Assembly (NCBI GenBank): GCA_030586555.1
Contig: JAURAC010000006.1
Coordinates: 1 to 64,000, forward strand
Source: Candidatus Subterrananammoxibius californiae
Lineage (GTDB): Bacteria; Planctomycetota; Brocadiia; Brocadiales; Subterrananammoxibiaceae
Reading direction: 5' to 3'
Length of the DNA: 64,000 nt
Made by a program: the position numbers and the translations under genes. The notes beneath the pieces are model-generated. The model had not been told where the DNA came from and ran no database searches. It saw only the letters and a program-made list of their open reading frames with translations. This document shows, piece after piece, positions 28,020 through 37,302 of the stretch. How positions within the stretch are numbered: the first letter of the stretch is position 1; each line of letters opens with the position of its first letter.

Positions 28020-28391
28020 ATGAAGCTTATAAATCGAATTTTTGCGCCAATTTTGTTTGTAACCTTCCTGGTTCCTTTTACTGCCTTCTGGCAGGAAGAA
28101 GTTTTAGCCTCTTCCGGGACATGTGATGAGGTTCTTGATATAGACATTACCGTTGTAGGAACAGGAAAGAATAAACAGCAAGCATTGGAGGACTTAGACA
28201 ATAAAATAGCGGACGAAGCCAATGCTATGTGTTATGACCCTGCCTCTTGTCCTGGTGCGGAGTGCGAAGCCGTATCCATCACAACAACAACCCCTAAGTG
28301 TAAGTATAGCCGCCGTGATAGAAGTTGGCGCTGTACCGCTAAGATAAAAAGGGTTGAGTGCGGTTGCGTGGAAGGTGATGTGCATCATTAG
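28020..28391 (+). CDS. Exported Cys-rich (8 Cys) hypothetical protein
   Basis: SD GGAGG; signal peptide; inverted repeat at ~28404-28452 downstream. Confidence 0.7.
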   Translation: MKLINRIFAPILFVTFLVPFTAFWQEEVLASSGTCDEVLDIDITVVGTGKNKQQALEDLDNKIADEANAMCYDPASCPGAECEAVSITTTTPKCKYSRRDRSWRCTAKIKRVECGCVEGDVHH

Positions 28392-28467
28392 CGGGAGGGG
28401 CGGTAAAGAACAAGTTCGGGGGACTTGTTTTTACCCTCGAACTTGCTCTTTATTTTAGGGTGATGCC

Positions 28468-29712
28468 TTAACCACTTTTTAACAAATTAAGGCGCACAAT
28501 ATTTAACGCCTCCAGCGCGGCTTGACGTTTAATGTTTAACCTCTCGCCGAAGAATCGGCGCTCTTTGCATATAAAATCGCCCTTAGTTGCAATGGCAATA
28601 TAGACAAGTCCTACGGGCTTATCTGCCGTTGCCCCGGTCGGACCAGCTATACCTGTAATCCCAAGTCCTATATCTGCATTCACACTCTTCCTCACACCGC
28701 TTGCCATGGCGCATGCAACCTCTGGACTGACAGCGCCAACAGTATTAATGAGCCTCTCTGGAACGCCGAGGACTTCAACCTTAGCCTTATTACTATAAGC
28801 CACGACTCCTTCAATAAAATAGTTTGAAATGCCAGGCACGTTAGTCAGCAAGTCCGATACAAGGCCTCCAGTACACGACTCCGCAGTTGCAATCGTTTTA
28901 TCACTCCTCTTCAGCAAATACGCAACGGCATGTTCAAGCCTTTCCTCATCAATACCAAAAACAGCCTCACCGAGAAGATGCCGAACCTCTCGCTCTGTGG
29001 CGCCAAGAAGCTCAAGTGCCTTAGTCCTCGACTCAGCATCTGCATAAAGGCAAATAGATACAATACCTTCGCTGACCATCGTACCTGCTCTCGGATTATT
29101 ACCCTGCTTCATCAAGTGCTTAATTTTTTCATTCACCATAGACTCTGACATCCCTAATGTATGAATATGCCTCAGAACTTTCGTTCTCCCCAATCCTGTT
29201 TTTTTCAGGACGTGAGTAACAACCCATTCTTCAAACATCTGCTTCATCTCGGCAGGCACGCCTGGCAAGCAGATAATCTCCGCTCCTTTAAAGTTTACAG
29301 CAAATCCTGATGCAGTGCCGACTTTATTAGGAATAATCGTTCCGCCAGTTGGTATCATCGCTTGAATCTTATTAGCAGGGGGCATTTCGATATGACGTAA
29401 TACAAATAGTTCTTGAACATGACGAAAAACCTCTTCGTTGAGGCTTAGTTCTACACCGAGGAATGCAGCAATCGCTTGCCGTGTAACGTCATCCTCCGTG
29501 GGACCTAATCCTCCTGTGATTATAATGAATTCTGCCCTTTCGGTTGCTATCTGGAGAGCCGTCCTTAAGGCAGTAATATCATCCCCTACCGCGGTCTTGT
29601 ATCGGACATTAAATCCATATTCAGCAAGCCTTCTGGCAAGATAAGCGGCATTTGTATCAAGGACCTGACCCAAAAGGAGTTCAGTGCCTACGGAAATAAT
29701 CTCTGCATTCAT
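28468..29712 (-). CDS. cinA: Competence/damage-inducible protein CinA (MoCF domain + NMN deamidase)
   Basis: VGTELLLGQVLDTN, TGGLGPTEDD and AESCTGG motifs; the N-terminal extension in the ORF track is REP-derived. Confidence 0.95.
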   Translation of the reverse strand: MNAEIISVGTELLLGQVLDTNAAYLARRLAEYGFNVRYKTAVGDDITALRTALQIATERAEFIIITGGLGPTEDDVTRQAIAAFLGVELSLNEEVFRHVQELFVLRHIEMPPANKIQAMIPTGGTIIPNKVGTASGFAVNFKGAEIICLPGVPAEMKQMFEEWVVTHVLKKTGLGRTKVLRHIHTLGMSESMVNEKIKHLMKQGNNPRAGTMVSEGIVSICLYADAESRTKALELLGATEREVRHLLGEAVFGIDEERLEHAVAYLLKRSDKTIATAESCTGGLVSDLLTNVPGISNYFIEGVVAYSNKAKVEVLGVPERLINTVGAVSPEVACAMASGVRKSVNADIGLGITGIAGPTGATADKPVGLVYIAIATKGDFICKERRFFGERLNIKRQAALEALNIVRLNLLKSG

Positions 29713-29781
29713 TAGATGTCTGTTACGTAATGTAGGGGCAGGTTTAAAACCTGCCCCTACGGCAGGCAATAACATTTCCCC

Positions 29782-30861
29782 CTAAACGCTGAAACGAAAA
29801 TTTATTATATCCCCGTCCTTTACAATATAGTCCTTACCCTCAAGTCTTAGCTTACCATGTGCCTTTAAATCTTTCATGGAGCCAAGTTGTTTTAAATCGT
29901 CAAAATGCACAACCTCTGCCCTGATGAATCCACGTGCCATATCGGTGTGAACCTTTCCTGCCGCAGTTGGAGCATTATCGCCCTCAGAGATAGTCCATGC
30001 CCTTACCTCATCCTCTCCAACCGTGAAGAATGAGCAGAGATGCAATATCTCGTACGATAACCTTATTAACTTACTGGCTGACAGTTCATCAATCCCCATG
30101 TCCTTCAGAAATTCTCCCCGCTCCTGCTCCTCCAATCCTTCCAGCTCCATCTCAAGCTTACCGCACATGCTTATTACACCTGCTGCGTCTGATATGCCCT
30201 TTTCAATGGTTTTGTCTCCTAATTGGTCTTCACCTATGTTTAGGACAACTATTCTGGGTTTCTGCGTAAGAAAGCAGAAGCTTTTTACAGTCTTCTTCTG
30301 CACATCGGTTAAATGAACGCTACCAATCCCGTGCTCCTTTTCGAGCGCATCCTTGCACTTGAGTAACATCTCAAGCTCCTCTTTATCCTGCTGCTGAGTC
30401 TTTGCGGGCTTGGTGATGGATTTCTTAAGCCTATCCACCCTCTTTTCAACAATCCCTAAATCCGTTATAAGTAATTCTGAATATATTTCCCTTAAATCCC
30501 TTTGCGGGTCAATTGAGCCCTTGGGATGCGGCACGCTGTCATCTTTAAATACCCTTACGACCTCAATAATTGCATCGGACTCCCTGAGTAAGCCCATAGC
30601 AGTTGCCACCTCAGGCTTACCGGCACTTTTTTCTGCAAAAATATCACCTACGTCTATGAATTCAACGGTGGCTAAGGTAAATTTCTTAGGGTTGTACATC
30701 TGCCTTAAAAATTCCATACGCTCGTCTGGCACCCTTACCACGGCAACGTTTGTCCCAACGTGCCCTGTCCCATGTACACCCGTTTCTTTATGGGCGCCGG
30801 TTAGCGCATTAAAAATTGTTGTCTTGCCACTCTGTGGAAGACCTATGATTGCTATTCTCAT
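29782..30861 (-). CDS. ychF: YchF/Obg-family ATPase
   Basis: GLPQSGKTT; AAGKVHTDMARGFIRAEV; EGKDYIVKDGD. Confidence 0.92.
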   Translation of the reverse strand: MRIAIIGLPQSGKTTIFNALTGAHKETGVHGTGHVGTNVAVVRVPDERMEFLRQMYNPKKFTLATVEFIDVGDIFAEKSAGKPEVATAMGLLRESDAIIEVVRVFKDDSVPHPKGSIDPQRDLREIYSELLITDLGIVEKRVDRLKKSITKPAKTQQQDKEELEMLLKCKDALEKEHGIGSVHLTDVQKKTVKSFCFLTQKPRIVVLNIGEDQLGDKTIEKGISDAAGVISMCGKLEMELEGLEEQERGEFLKDMGIDELSASKLIRLSYEILHLCSFFTVGEDEVRAWTISEGDNAPTAAGKVHTDMARGFIRAEVVHFDDLKQLGSMKDLKAHGKLRLEGKDYIVKDGDIINFRFSV

Positions 30862-30876
30862 TTACATTTTCCCCTA

Positions 30877-30947
30877 TCTTTGCGTTCTTTGCGCTTGGTT
30901 TGTGTTCTTTGCGAGAAATACGTTTTTTTCACGCAAAGGGTGCAAAG
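30877..30947. repeat. Nonamer (CTTTGCGTT-type) array with an inverted arm
   Basis: Read directly from the sequence. Confidence 0.65.
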
Positions 30948-30962
30948 TTATTGCCCATTTTT

Positions 30963-32108
30963 TCATGTTGGTTGGGGCTTGCTTACTTTAGCATTACTAA
31001 AAGTTGCCATCTGGGTAAGGATTTTTACTCCCGCCTCAACGAGACTCATCCCCAATGCAGCGCCAGTCCCCTCGCCGAGTCGAAGGTTGAGGTCAAGAAG
31101 GGGCTTCTTTCCGAGGTACTCAAGCACGAATCCATGTCCTTTTTCAACCGATTTATGAGAGGCTATAAGATAATTGTTTACCTTCGGAGATAGCCTGCAT
31201 GCTATAAGAGCACCCACAGTGGAAATGAACCCATCAAGTAATACTGGAATCCTGTGCCGTGCCGCAGCAAGGCATAACCCTGCAATGGCACCAATTTCAA
31301 ACCCACCGACCTTTGCAAGGACATCTACGGGGTCTGAAACATCGGGCTTGTTGACTTTAAGAACCTGCTTGATTGTTGCGATTTTCTTTTTAAGCGCAAT
31401 ATCATCCAATCCCGTTCCCCTTCCCGTAACCTCTTCAATGTCTGTCCCTGTTAGCACTGCAAGGATTGCACTGCTTGGAGTGGTGTTGCCGATGCCCATA
31501 TCACCGGTACCTGCAATGTCTATTCCATCGGGCAATTCCTCTTCAAAAACCTCTATGCCTCCCTCGATGGCACGCATTGCCTCACCCCTCGACATAGCAG
31601 GACCCTTAAGCATATTCTTTGTCCCGTAACCAATCTTCTTGATGCAAAATCGAGGACTCGTACTATTGTTATACCCCCCCTTATCCCCCCCTTGCGAAGG
31701 GGGGGATTGAGGAGGGGTTATATTGCCGAAATCCGATGCCACACCACAATCAACCACAATAACCCTTGCCCCCACATGCCTTGCCAGCACATTAATTGCC
31801 GCCCCGCCATCGATGAAATTCAGAACCATCTGCCTTGTTACCTCCTGAGGAAATAGGCTCACACCTTCCTCCACAATCCCATGGTCACCTGCCATAGTAA
31901 ATATTACCTTGTGCATTTGGGTGGCATGGACAAACTTGTTTGTCCGTGCAGTACCCCTTATAGAGGCATAGACTATAGCAAGCTCCTCAAGCCTTCCGAG
32001 ACTTTTCCTCGGGATGGCAAGCTCATCCAGCCGCGCTCGAATAGCACCATCCGCATCTATCTTAATCTCTTCTATATTTTCAATGGTTTTGTCTAAAAGT
32101 GTTGCCAT
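30963..32108 (-). CDS. cobT: Nicotinate-nucleotide--dimethylbenzimidazole phosphoribosyltransferase with two in-frame REP insertions
   Basis: SLGRLEE, AGDHG, GDMGIGNTT and LRLGEGTGA motifs; inserts at 31672-31720 and 31920-31948. Confidence 0.95.
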   Translation of the reverse strand: MATLLDKTIENIEEIKIDADGAIRARLDELAIPRKSLGRLEELAIVYASIRGTARTNKFVHATQMHKVIFTMAGDHGIVEEGVSLFPQEVTRQMVLNFIDGGAAINVLARHVGARVIVVDCGVASDFGNITPPQSPPSQGGDKGGYNNSTSPRFCIKKIGYGTKNMLKGPAMSRGEAMRAIEGGIEVFEEELPDGIDIAGTGDMGIGNTTPSSAILAVLTGTDIEEVTGRGTGLDDIALKKKIATIKQVLKVNKPDVSDPVDVLAKVGGFEIGAIAGLCLAAARHRIPVLLDGFISTVGALIACRLSPKVNNYLIASHKSVEKGHGFVLEYLGKKPLLDLNLRLGEGTGAALGMSLVEAGVKILTQMATFSNAKVSKPQPT

Positions 32109-32237
32109 GTAACAAATCTCTTATTTTGGAGTGCATTGAGCACACACCCCTTTCTCCCCTCTTAACAGGGAGCAGTATATAATTTCTGCAAGTTTAGTAG
32201 ATATTTTATCTATTTTGTTTTTGCCCGTATTTTGTTC

Positions 32238-32987
32238 TTATTTATTATTTTCTATAAAAAAATAAGCTTCCCTAGTCAACTTTAGCAATGGTAGGAAGTA
32301 TTCCCCTGATTCTGGTTTAATGTTATGCTCGATACGTTTTTTTAAATGTAAATAAGCTATTGCAGAATTTAGACGCCTTGGACCCCACTTAAATTGCCTA
32401 TCAACATATTCTGGTGAAGCAGAATCTTGTTTATTGTCAACAAGCAGTTCAACAACTTTCTTTGCATCCTGTACGGGATCCCATTTTTGAAAAAGACGGT
32501 CAGTCTTACAAAAGAAGTATTTTTTAGGGCTAATAATAGCGTAAGGATGTCTGTGAATTAAGTCTTCTTTTTCAAGTTCATGCACAACAAGTTTTAACTC
32601 TTTTTCCGGACCTTCAACAGTGGGTATATTATTCTTAATTATCCTGATACATTCGTTGCACTCAATAAAGGGGTCGTTTTCCCGACCAAATTTTGATCTA
32701 ACATTGATTTCCTTTAGAAGAGCCATACAGGACTCGGCTTTTCTAAAGTTAAAATTTGGGACCAACTCATTATTTTCAATCAATTTCAAGGACTTGAGAA
32801 TAGGGACTTCGAACGATAACAAAGGGTTCTTATCAATGACATTCCAGATTTTTTCTATTTCATATTTTACATCTTTTAATTTCAAATCATTCTTTATAGA
32901 ATCCAATTTACGAACAATCGGGCCCATGTTAGGCACAAAAGATAAAACATCCAGAAATATATCGAACCACTTGCTTTCAATGGTCAT
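32238..32987 (-). CDS. AT-rich hypothetical protein
   Basis: 249-codon ORF with SD AGAGG; no motif recognised. Confidence 0.65.
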   Translation of the reverse strand: MTIESKWFDIFLDVLSFVPNMGPIVRKLDSIKNDLKLKDVKYEIEKIWNVIDKNPLLSFEVPILKSLKLIENNELVPNFNFRKAESCMALLKEINVRSKFGRENDPFIECNECIRIIKNNIPTVEGPEKELKLVVHELEKEDLIHRHPYAIISPKKYFFCKTDRLFQKWDPVQDAKKVVELLVDNKQDSASPEYVDRQFKWGPRRLNSAIAYLHLKKRIEHNIKPESGEYFLPLLKLTREAYFFIENNK

Positions 32988-33056
32988 TTTGATACCTCTT
33001 CTTGATTTGATAGCAAAATCTTGATAATCTTGGCAAATTTAATTCCATGAACCAAA

Positions 33057-33083
33057 TCACTCCAAAAGCAGCAACCCAAAATA
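33057..33083 (-). pseudogene. Displaced copy of the DUF2284 gene 3' end (YFGLLLLE*)
   Basis: 25/27 identical to 33879-33905; both differences are silent. Confidence 0.8.
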
Positions 33084-33108
33084 CCTTTTTCGCTATCCCT
33101 TTGCTGTC

Positions 33109-33675
33109 CTATCCTGTTTCAGCTTCATTCTGTAAACGTTTCCATAGCGATTCAATATCCAATTTTTTTGCCCAATGTTCCAGATAATTTATGTCCAGTT
33201 TCCCAAATTGCACCTCATAAACCCGCAGGGCATCAATGAATTGTTTCTCACTACCTCCAGAAAGTTTTGCCCATCTTAATTTTGCAAGGATTGTATCTTC
33301 AGGACTCGAAACCTGCATCCTTAGCCCAAAGACTTCTTCAATATACCTCCGTGAAAAGCGTGATTGGTCAAAGGGTTCACTGGTTAATATCCAGAAATCA
33401 ACCTTATCTCCTTCTTTTGCATCAATTAGGTTGAACATGGTATGCTTGTTAATTGCATTGACAGCACTGGCTTCATCTAAATAATAACCAGGCGGTGGAA
33501 AAGCTTTAACTAATTCCTTTACATCCGATTCCTGAATGGCGACTATTATATCTATATCATGGGTGGTTCGTGGCTCGCCTTGCAGGCTTGAAGCGACAGC
33601 CCCTGTTACCATATATTGGATCCCAGCGTCTTCAAGTACCTGAATAACCTTTTTTAATAATTTCTGTTGTGACAT
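33109..33675 (-). CDS. Nucleotidyltransferase-fold protein (TA-associated type)
   Basis: YMVTGAVA...PRTTHDIDI; SPEDTILAKL. Confidence 0.8.
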   Translation of the reverse strand: MSQQKLLKKVIQVLEDAGIQYMVTGAVASSLQGEPRTTHDIDIIVAIQESDVKELVKAFPPPGYYLDEASAVNAINKHTMFNLIDAKEGDKVDFWILTSEPFDQSRFSRRYIEEVFGLRMQVSSPEDTILAKLRWAKLSGGSEKQFIDALRVYEVQFGKLDINYLEHWAKKLDIESLWKRLQNEAETG

Positions 33676-33878
33676 TTATCCATACGTTTTAAAAGTAAAT
33701 TTTGAAATTCATCCTCTGGTAGGTCTGGGAATCTTTTGCGCAATCCATGAACAAAAAGTTGCCTTGTAAATTCTGTCAGCTCAAATGCCTTGAGCAATCT
33801 TTTTTCAGGCATCATTTGTCGAAGCACTTGAATATACACCTTATGATTTAAGCTTTTTTTTGCATTCATAGGCTGCAT
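33654..33878 (-). CDS. Small helical partner of the NTase (antitoxin-like)
   Basis: LRQMMPEKRL...GLRKRFPD; overlaps the NTase start. Confidence 0.7.
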   Translation of the reverse strand: MQPMNAKKSLNHKVYIQVLRQMMPEKRLLKAFELTEFTRQLFVHGLRKRFPDLPEDEFQNLLLKRMDKCHNRNY

Positions 33879-34391
33879 TTACTCCAAAAGCAACAACCCA
33901 AAATATTTTACGTATTCCCCCTTCTTTTCGAGGAATTTAATTTCAAAGCCGTTGTTGCGAACGGTCTGGAAGACGTCTATCCCGCATGATTCCATAGAGG
34001 GTCTTGCCCTGTGCGGCTGAATGCATGGTTCATCCGGCGGACATTCAGGACAAAGCGAGCAAGGTCCTGCCCCCATAACAAATGCCTTGTGATACCCCGT
34101 AATATTAGCCTGTAATTCCAGTTTAAGGAGCATCTCGTTAAATTCACGCCCCGGCGGTTGCCCTTCAACCAAGATTGCCTGCTTATAGCTTGCAAGTATG
34201 ACCTTTGTATCTTCATATTTCGGGGAAAAAGGGGGACACGTTTTGGATTTACCGTACCTCGGACAACCATAAAGGCATTTCAGTTGCACCCAGGGTTCTA
34301 CCGCTATGCTGTTAATCGGAATAAGCTTTGCCTCTGTAGCCCCTGCCCTCGTTACAAAATTACATAGTTGCAAGACCGTATTTTCGTTCAT
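33879..34391 (-). CDS. DUF2284 metal-binding protein
   Basis: KCLYGCPRYG..CPP; GPCSLCPEC; RPSMESCGIDV. Confidence 0.88.
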   Translation of the reverse strand: MNENTVLQLCNFVTRAGATEAKLIPINSIAVEPWVQLKCLYGCPRYGKSKTCPPFSPKYEDTKVILASYKQAILVEGQPPGREFNEMLLKLELQANITGYHKAFVMGAGPCSLCPECPPDEPCIQPHRARPSMESCGIDVFQTVRNNGFEIKFLEKKGEYVKYFGLLLLE

Positions 34392-34415
34392 ACTTTAATA
34401 GCCAGGAAATTCAAA

Positions 34416-34483
34416 GAGATTCCGAAACAAGTTCGGAATGACAGGTAAAAGCGCAACGTCATGCTGAACTTGGTTCAGCATCT
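34416..34483. repeat. Doublet of GTCAT-type REP palindromes
   Basis: GAGATTCCGAAACAAGTTCGGAATGAC ... GTCATGCTGAACTTGGTTCAGCATCT. Confidence 0.75.
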
Positions 34484-34628
34484 AACTATCCTGACCCTAT
34501 TATTTCAATTCCCTATGGAATGTCAATATGAAAAGTTTTGTATTGAATTAGCCCTAAAAGTGGTTAAAATTATATTGGGTTATAGATGATGGGTGATTGG
34601 TCATAGTTAAGCTGAAAGATAAAGAAAA

Positions 34629-37232
34629 ATGACAAAAAGAGAATATAATTTTAAGGAAATCGAGCCGAAATGGCAGAAGTTCTGGAATGATATCGGGCTC
34701 TTTCGTCTCGATGAAAAAAGTAAGAAGGAAAAGTTTTACTGCCTTGTGATGTTCCCATATCCATCGGGGACGTTGCATGTGGGGCACGGGAGAAATTACA
34801 TTATCGGCGATGTGGTTACCCGCTATAAGATTATGAAGGGCTATAACGTCCTCTCACCCATGGGATGGGATGCCTTTGGTTTGCCAGCCGAAAACGCCGC
34901 CATTAAGAGCGGCATACATCCTGGCATTCACACAAAAAACAATATTAGCGCCATGAAGAAGCAACTCCACCGCTGGGGGGTTGGCTATGACTGGGACAGG
35001 GAGGTTACAGCCTGCGAGCCTGATTATTACAAGTGGACGCAATGGATATTCTTAAAACTTTACGAACATGGTCTTGCATACAAGAAAAAGGCATACGTGA
35101 ACTGGTGTCCCTCCTGCGCAACGGTGCTGGCAAATGAGCAGGTTATTGATGGCCTTTGCGAACGCTGCGATAGTAAGGTCAAACAAAAAGAACTTGAGCA
35201 GTGGTTCTTCAAAATCACAGATTATGCCCAAAGGCTTCTCGACGACATGGCGCTGCTCACCAAATGGCCTGAAAAGGTAAAGCTCATGCAGGCGAACTGG
35301 ATTGGCAGGAGTGAGGGGGCAAGAATTGACTTTCTAATCCCCCCTCACCCCCCTTTAATAAAGGGGGGAATAGGGGGGATTAAAATTAGTTGCTTTACCA
35401 CCCGTCCCGATACACTTTACGGGGTTACATTCATGATACTTGCCCCTGAGCATCCCATTATTGAGGAATTAGTTGCCGGCGCAGAAACATATAAAGATAT
35501 AATGGCTTTCGTTGAAAAGGCAAAAAGTGAGAGTTTTCTTGAGCGTTCTGCAGAATGGGCGGAAAAGGAAGGGGTCTTCACGGGAAGACATGCTATAAAC
35601 CCGATAAATGGGGAAAAGGTGCCTATCTGGGTTGCAAACTATGCCCTCATGGAATATGGAACTGGAGCGGTTATGGCAGTTCCTGCGCATGACCAGCGGG
35701 ACTTTGAATTTGCAAAAAAATATAACCTCTCGATAAGGGTTGTCATACAGCCTGAAGGACAAAGCCTCGACCCTCAAACAATGAAAGAAGCTTATATAGG
35801 GGATGGCATCCAGGTCAATTCAGGAGACTTTAACGGCTTGCCAAATAGGCAGGCAATGTCAAAGATTATTGAATATCTTGGGAAAAAAGACATTGGTAAA
35901 GCGGCAGTGAGCTACAAGCTAAGGGATTGGCTCATCTCTCGGCAAAGGTACTGGGGAGCGCCTATTCCCATAGTTTATTGCAATAAATGTGGCACGGTTC
36001 CCATGCCTGAAAAGGACTTACCCGTCCTTTTACCTGAAAAGGTTGAGTTTAAGCCTCATGGACAATACAGTATTGTATCTACTGACAGGGGTCCAGTTTA
36101 TGTGCCGGAAAAGGTTGAGTTTAAGCCTTATGGACAAAGCCCCCTCGCATACGTAGAGGAATTTACAAATACCAAGTGTCCAAAATGTGGTGGAAGCGCA
36201 CAAAGGGAAACCGATACGATGGATACATTTGTCGATTCGGGCTGGTATTACCTCCGTTATCTCTCTCCCCACGATGATAGCAAGGCATTTGACACTGAAA
36301 AGGTAAATAAGTGGCTGCCTGTTGACCAATATATAGGCGGTGTTGAACATGCCATATTACATTTATTATATTCGAGGTTCATAACAAAGGTTCTTTTTGA
36401 TATGGGCCTCGTCAATTTTAATGAGCCCTTCAAAAACCTCTTTACGCAGGGGATGATTATTAAAAATGGGGCAAAGATGTCGAAGTCTAAGGGAAACGTG
36501 GTCAGCCCTGACGTTCTTATAGACAAATACGGCGCAGATACGCTGCGCCTTTATACCCTCTTTATAGGACCCCCAGAACGTGACGCAGAATGGAGCGACA
36601 GAGGGGTTATTGGCGCATACCGTTTCCTTAATCGCCTGTGGCAAAAAGTCATGGAGTTCAAGAGTCAAGAGTCAGGAGTCAGGAGTCAGATATCGGGACT
36701 CAATACTTTTGACTCAAGACTCTTGACTCAAGACTCAAAGACTCTTTACAGGCAAACCCATCTTACTATTAAAAAGGTAACAGAGGATATAGAAGACTCA
36801 TGGCACTTTAATACGGCAATAGCCTCGATAATGGAGTTATTTAATTCCGTTGAGAAATTCAATCCTTTACCTACCGAAACAGATAGTTTCAAAGTCTTAC
36901 GGTTTTCTCTGGAAACAATTATCGTCCTGCTTACCCCTCTTGTTCCTCATATAAGTGAGGAACTCTGGGAGATGATGGGGCATGAACCAAGTATCTTTTC
37001 ACTGCCCTGGCCCACTTATGATGAAGAAGCCACAAAGGCAGAGGAAATAGAGACGGTCATTCAGATAAATGGCAAGGTGCGAAGTCGTCTTGTAGTGCCC
37101 GTTGATATACCAGAGGACGACTTGAGACGGCGTGCATTAGAAGATGAAAGGGTAAAAGAATTTCTTGACGGGAAGAAGATTAGCAAGGTTATTCTGGTAC
37201 AAAAGAAATTGGTTAATATTGTAACAGCCTAA
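34629..37232 (+). CDS. leuS: Leucine--tRNA ligase with three in-frame insertions
   Basis: MFPYPSG, HVGH, FTTRPDT and KMSKS motifs; inserts at 35335-35382, 36021-36137, 36661-36745. Confidence 0.98.
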   Translation: MTKREYNFKEIEPKWQKFWNDIGLFRLDEKSKKEKFYCLVMFPYPSGTLHVGHGRNYIIGDVVTRYKIMKGYNVLSPMGWDAFGLPAENAAIKSGIHPGIHTKNNISAMKKQLHRWGVGYDWDREVTACEPDYYKWTQWIFLKLYEHGLAYKKKAYVNWCPSCATVLANEQVIDGLCERCDSKVKQKELEQWFFKITDYAQRLLDDMALLTKWPEKVKLMQANWIGRSEGARIDFLIPPHPPLIKGGIGGIKISCFTTRPDTLYGVTFMILAPEHPIIEELVAGAETYKDIMAFVEKAKSESFLERSAEWAEKEGVFTGRHAINPINGEKVPIWVANYALMEYGTGAVMAVPAHDQRDFEFAKKYNLSIRVVIQPEGQSLDPQTMKEAYIGDGIQVNSGDFNGLPNRQAMSKIIEYLGKKDIGKAAVSYKLRDWLISRQRYWGAPIPIVYCNKCGTVPMPEKDLPVLLPEKVEFKPHGQYSIVSTDRGPVYVPEKVEFKPYGQSPLAYVEEFTNTKCPKCGGSAQRETDTMDTFVDSGWYYLRYLSPHDDSKAFDTEKVNKWLPVDQYIGGVEHAILHLLYSRFITKVLFDMGLVNFNEPFKNLFTQGMIIKNGAKMSKSKGNVVSPDVLIDKYGADTLRLYTLFIGPPERDAEWSDRGVIGAYRFLNRLWQKVMEFKSQESGVRSQISGLNTFDSRLLTQDSKTLYRQTHLTIKKVTEDIEDSWHFNTAIASIMELFNSVEKFNPLPTETDSFKVLRFSLETIIVLLTPLVPHISEELWEMMGHEPSIFSLPWPTYDEEATKAEEIETVIQINGKVRSRLVVPVDIPEDDLRRRALEDERVKEFLDGKKISKVILVQKKLVNIVTA

Positions 37233-37237
37233 AAACC

Positions 37238-37296
37238 AAGCGATGAGCAAAGGGCAATGAGTAATACTCATTGCTTTGCACTCATTGCTCATTACT
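37238..37296. repeat. Inverted heptamer array (CAATGAG/CTCATTG)
   Basis: Read directly from the sequence. Confidence 0.65.
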
Positions 37297-37302
37297 TTAA
37301 TT

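Noticed and set aside
32109..32237. Cobalamin riboswitch expected upstream of cobT
   Set aside because: No B12-box-like sequence; the region holds a C/G-run repeat and AT-rich DNA.
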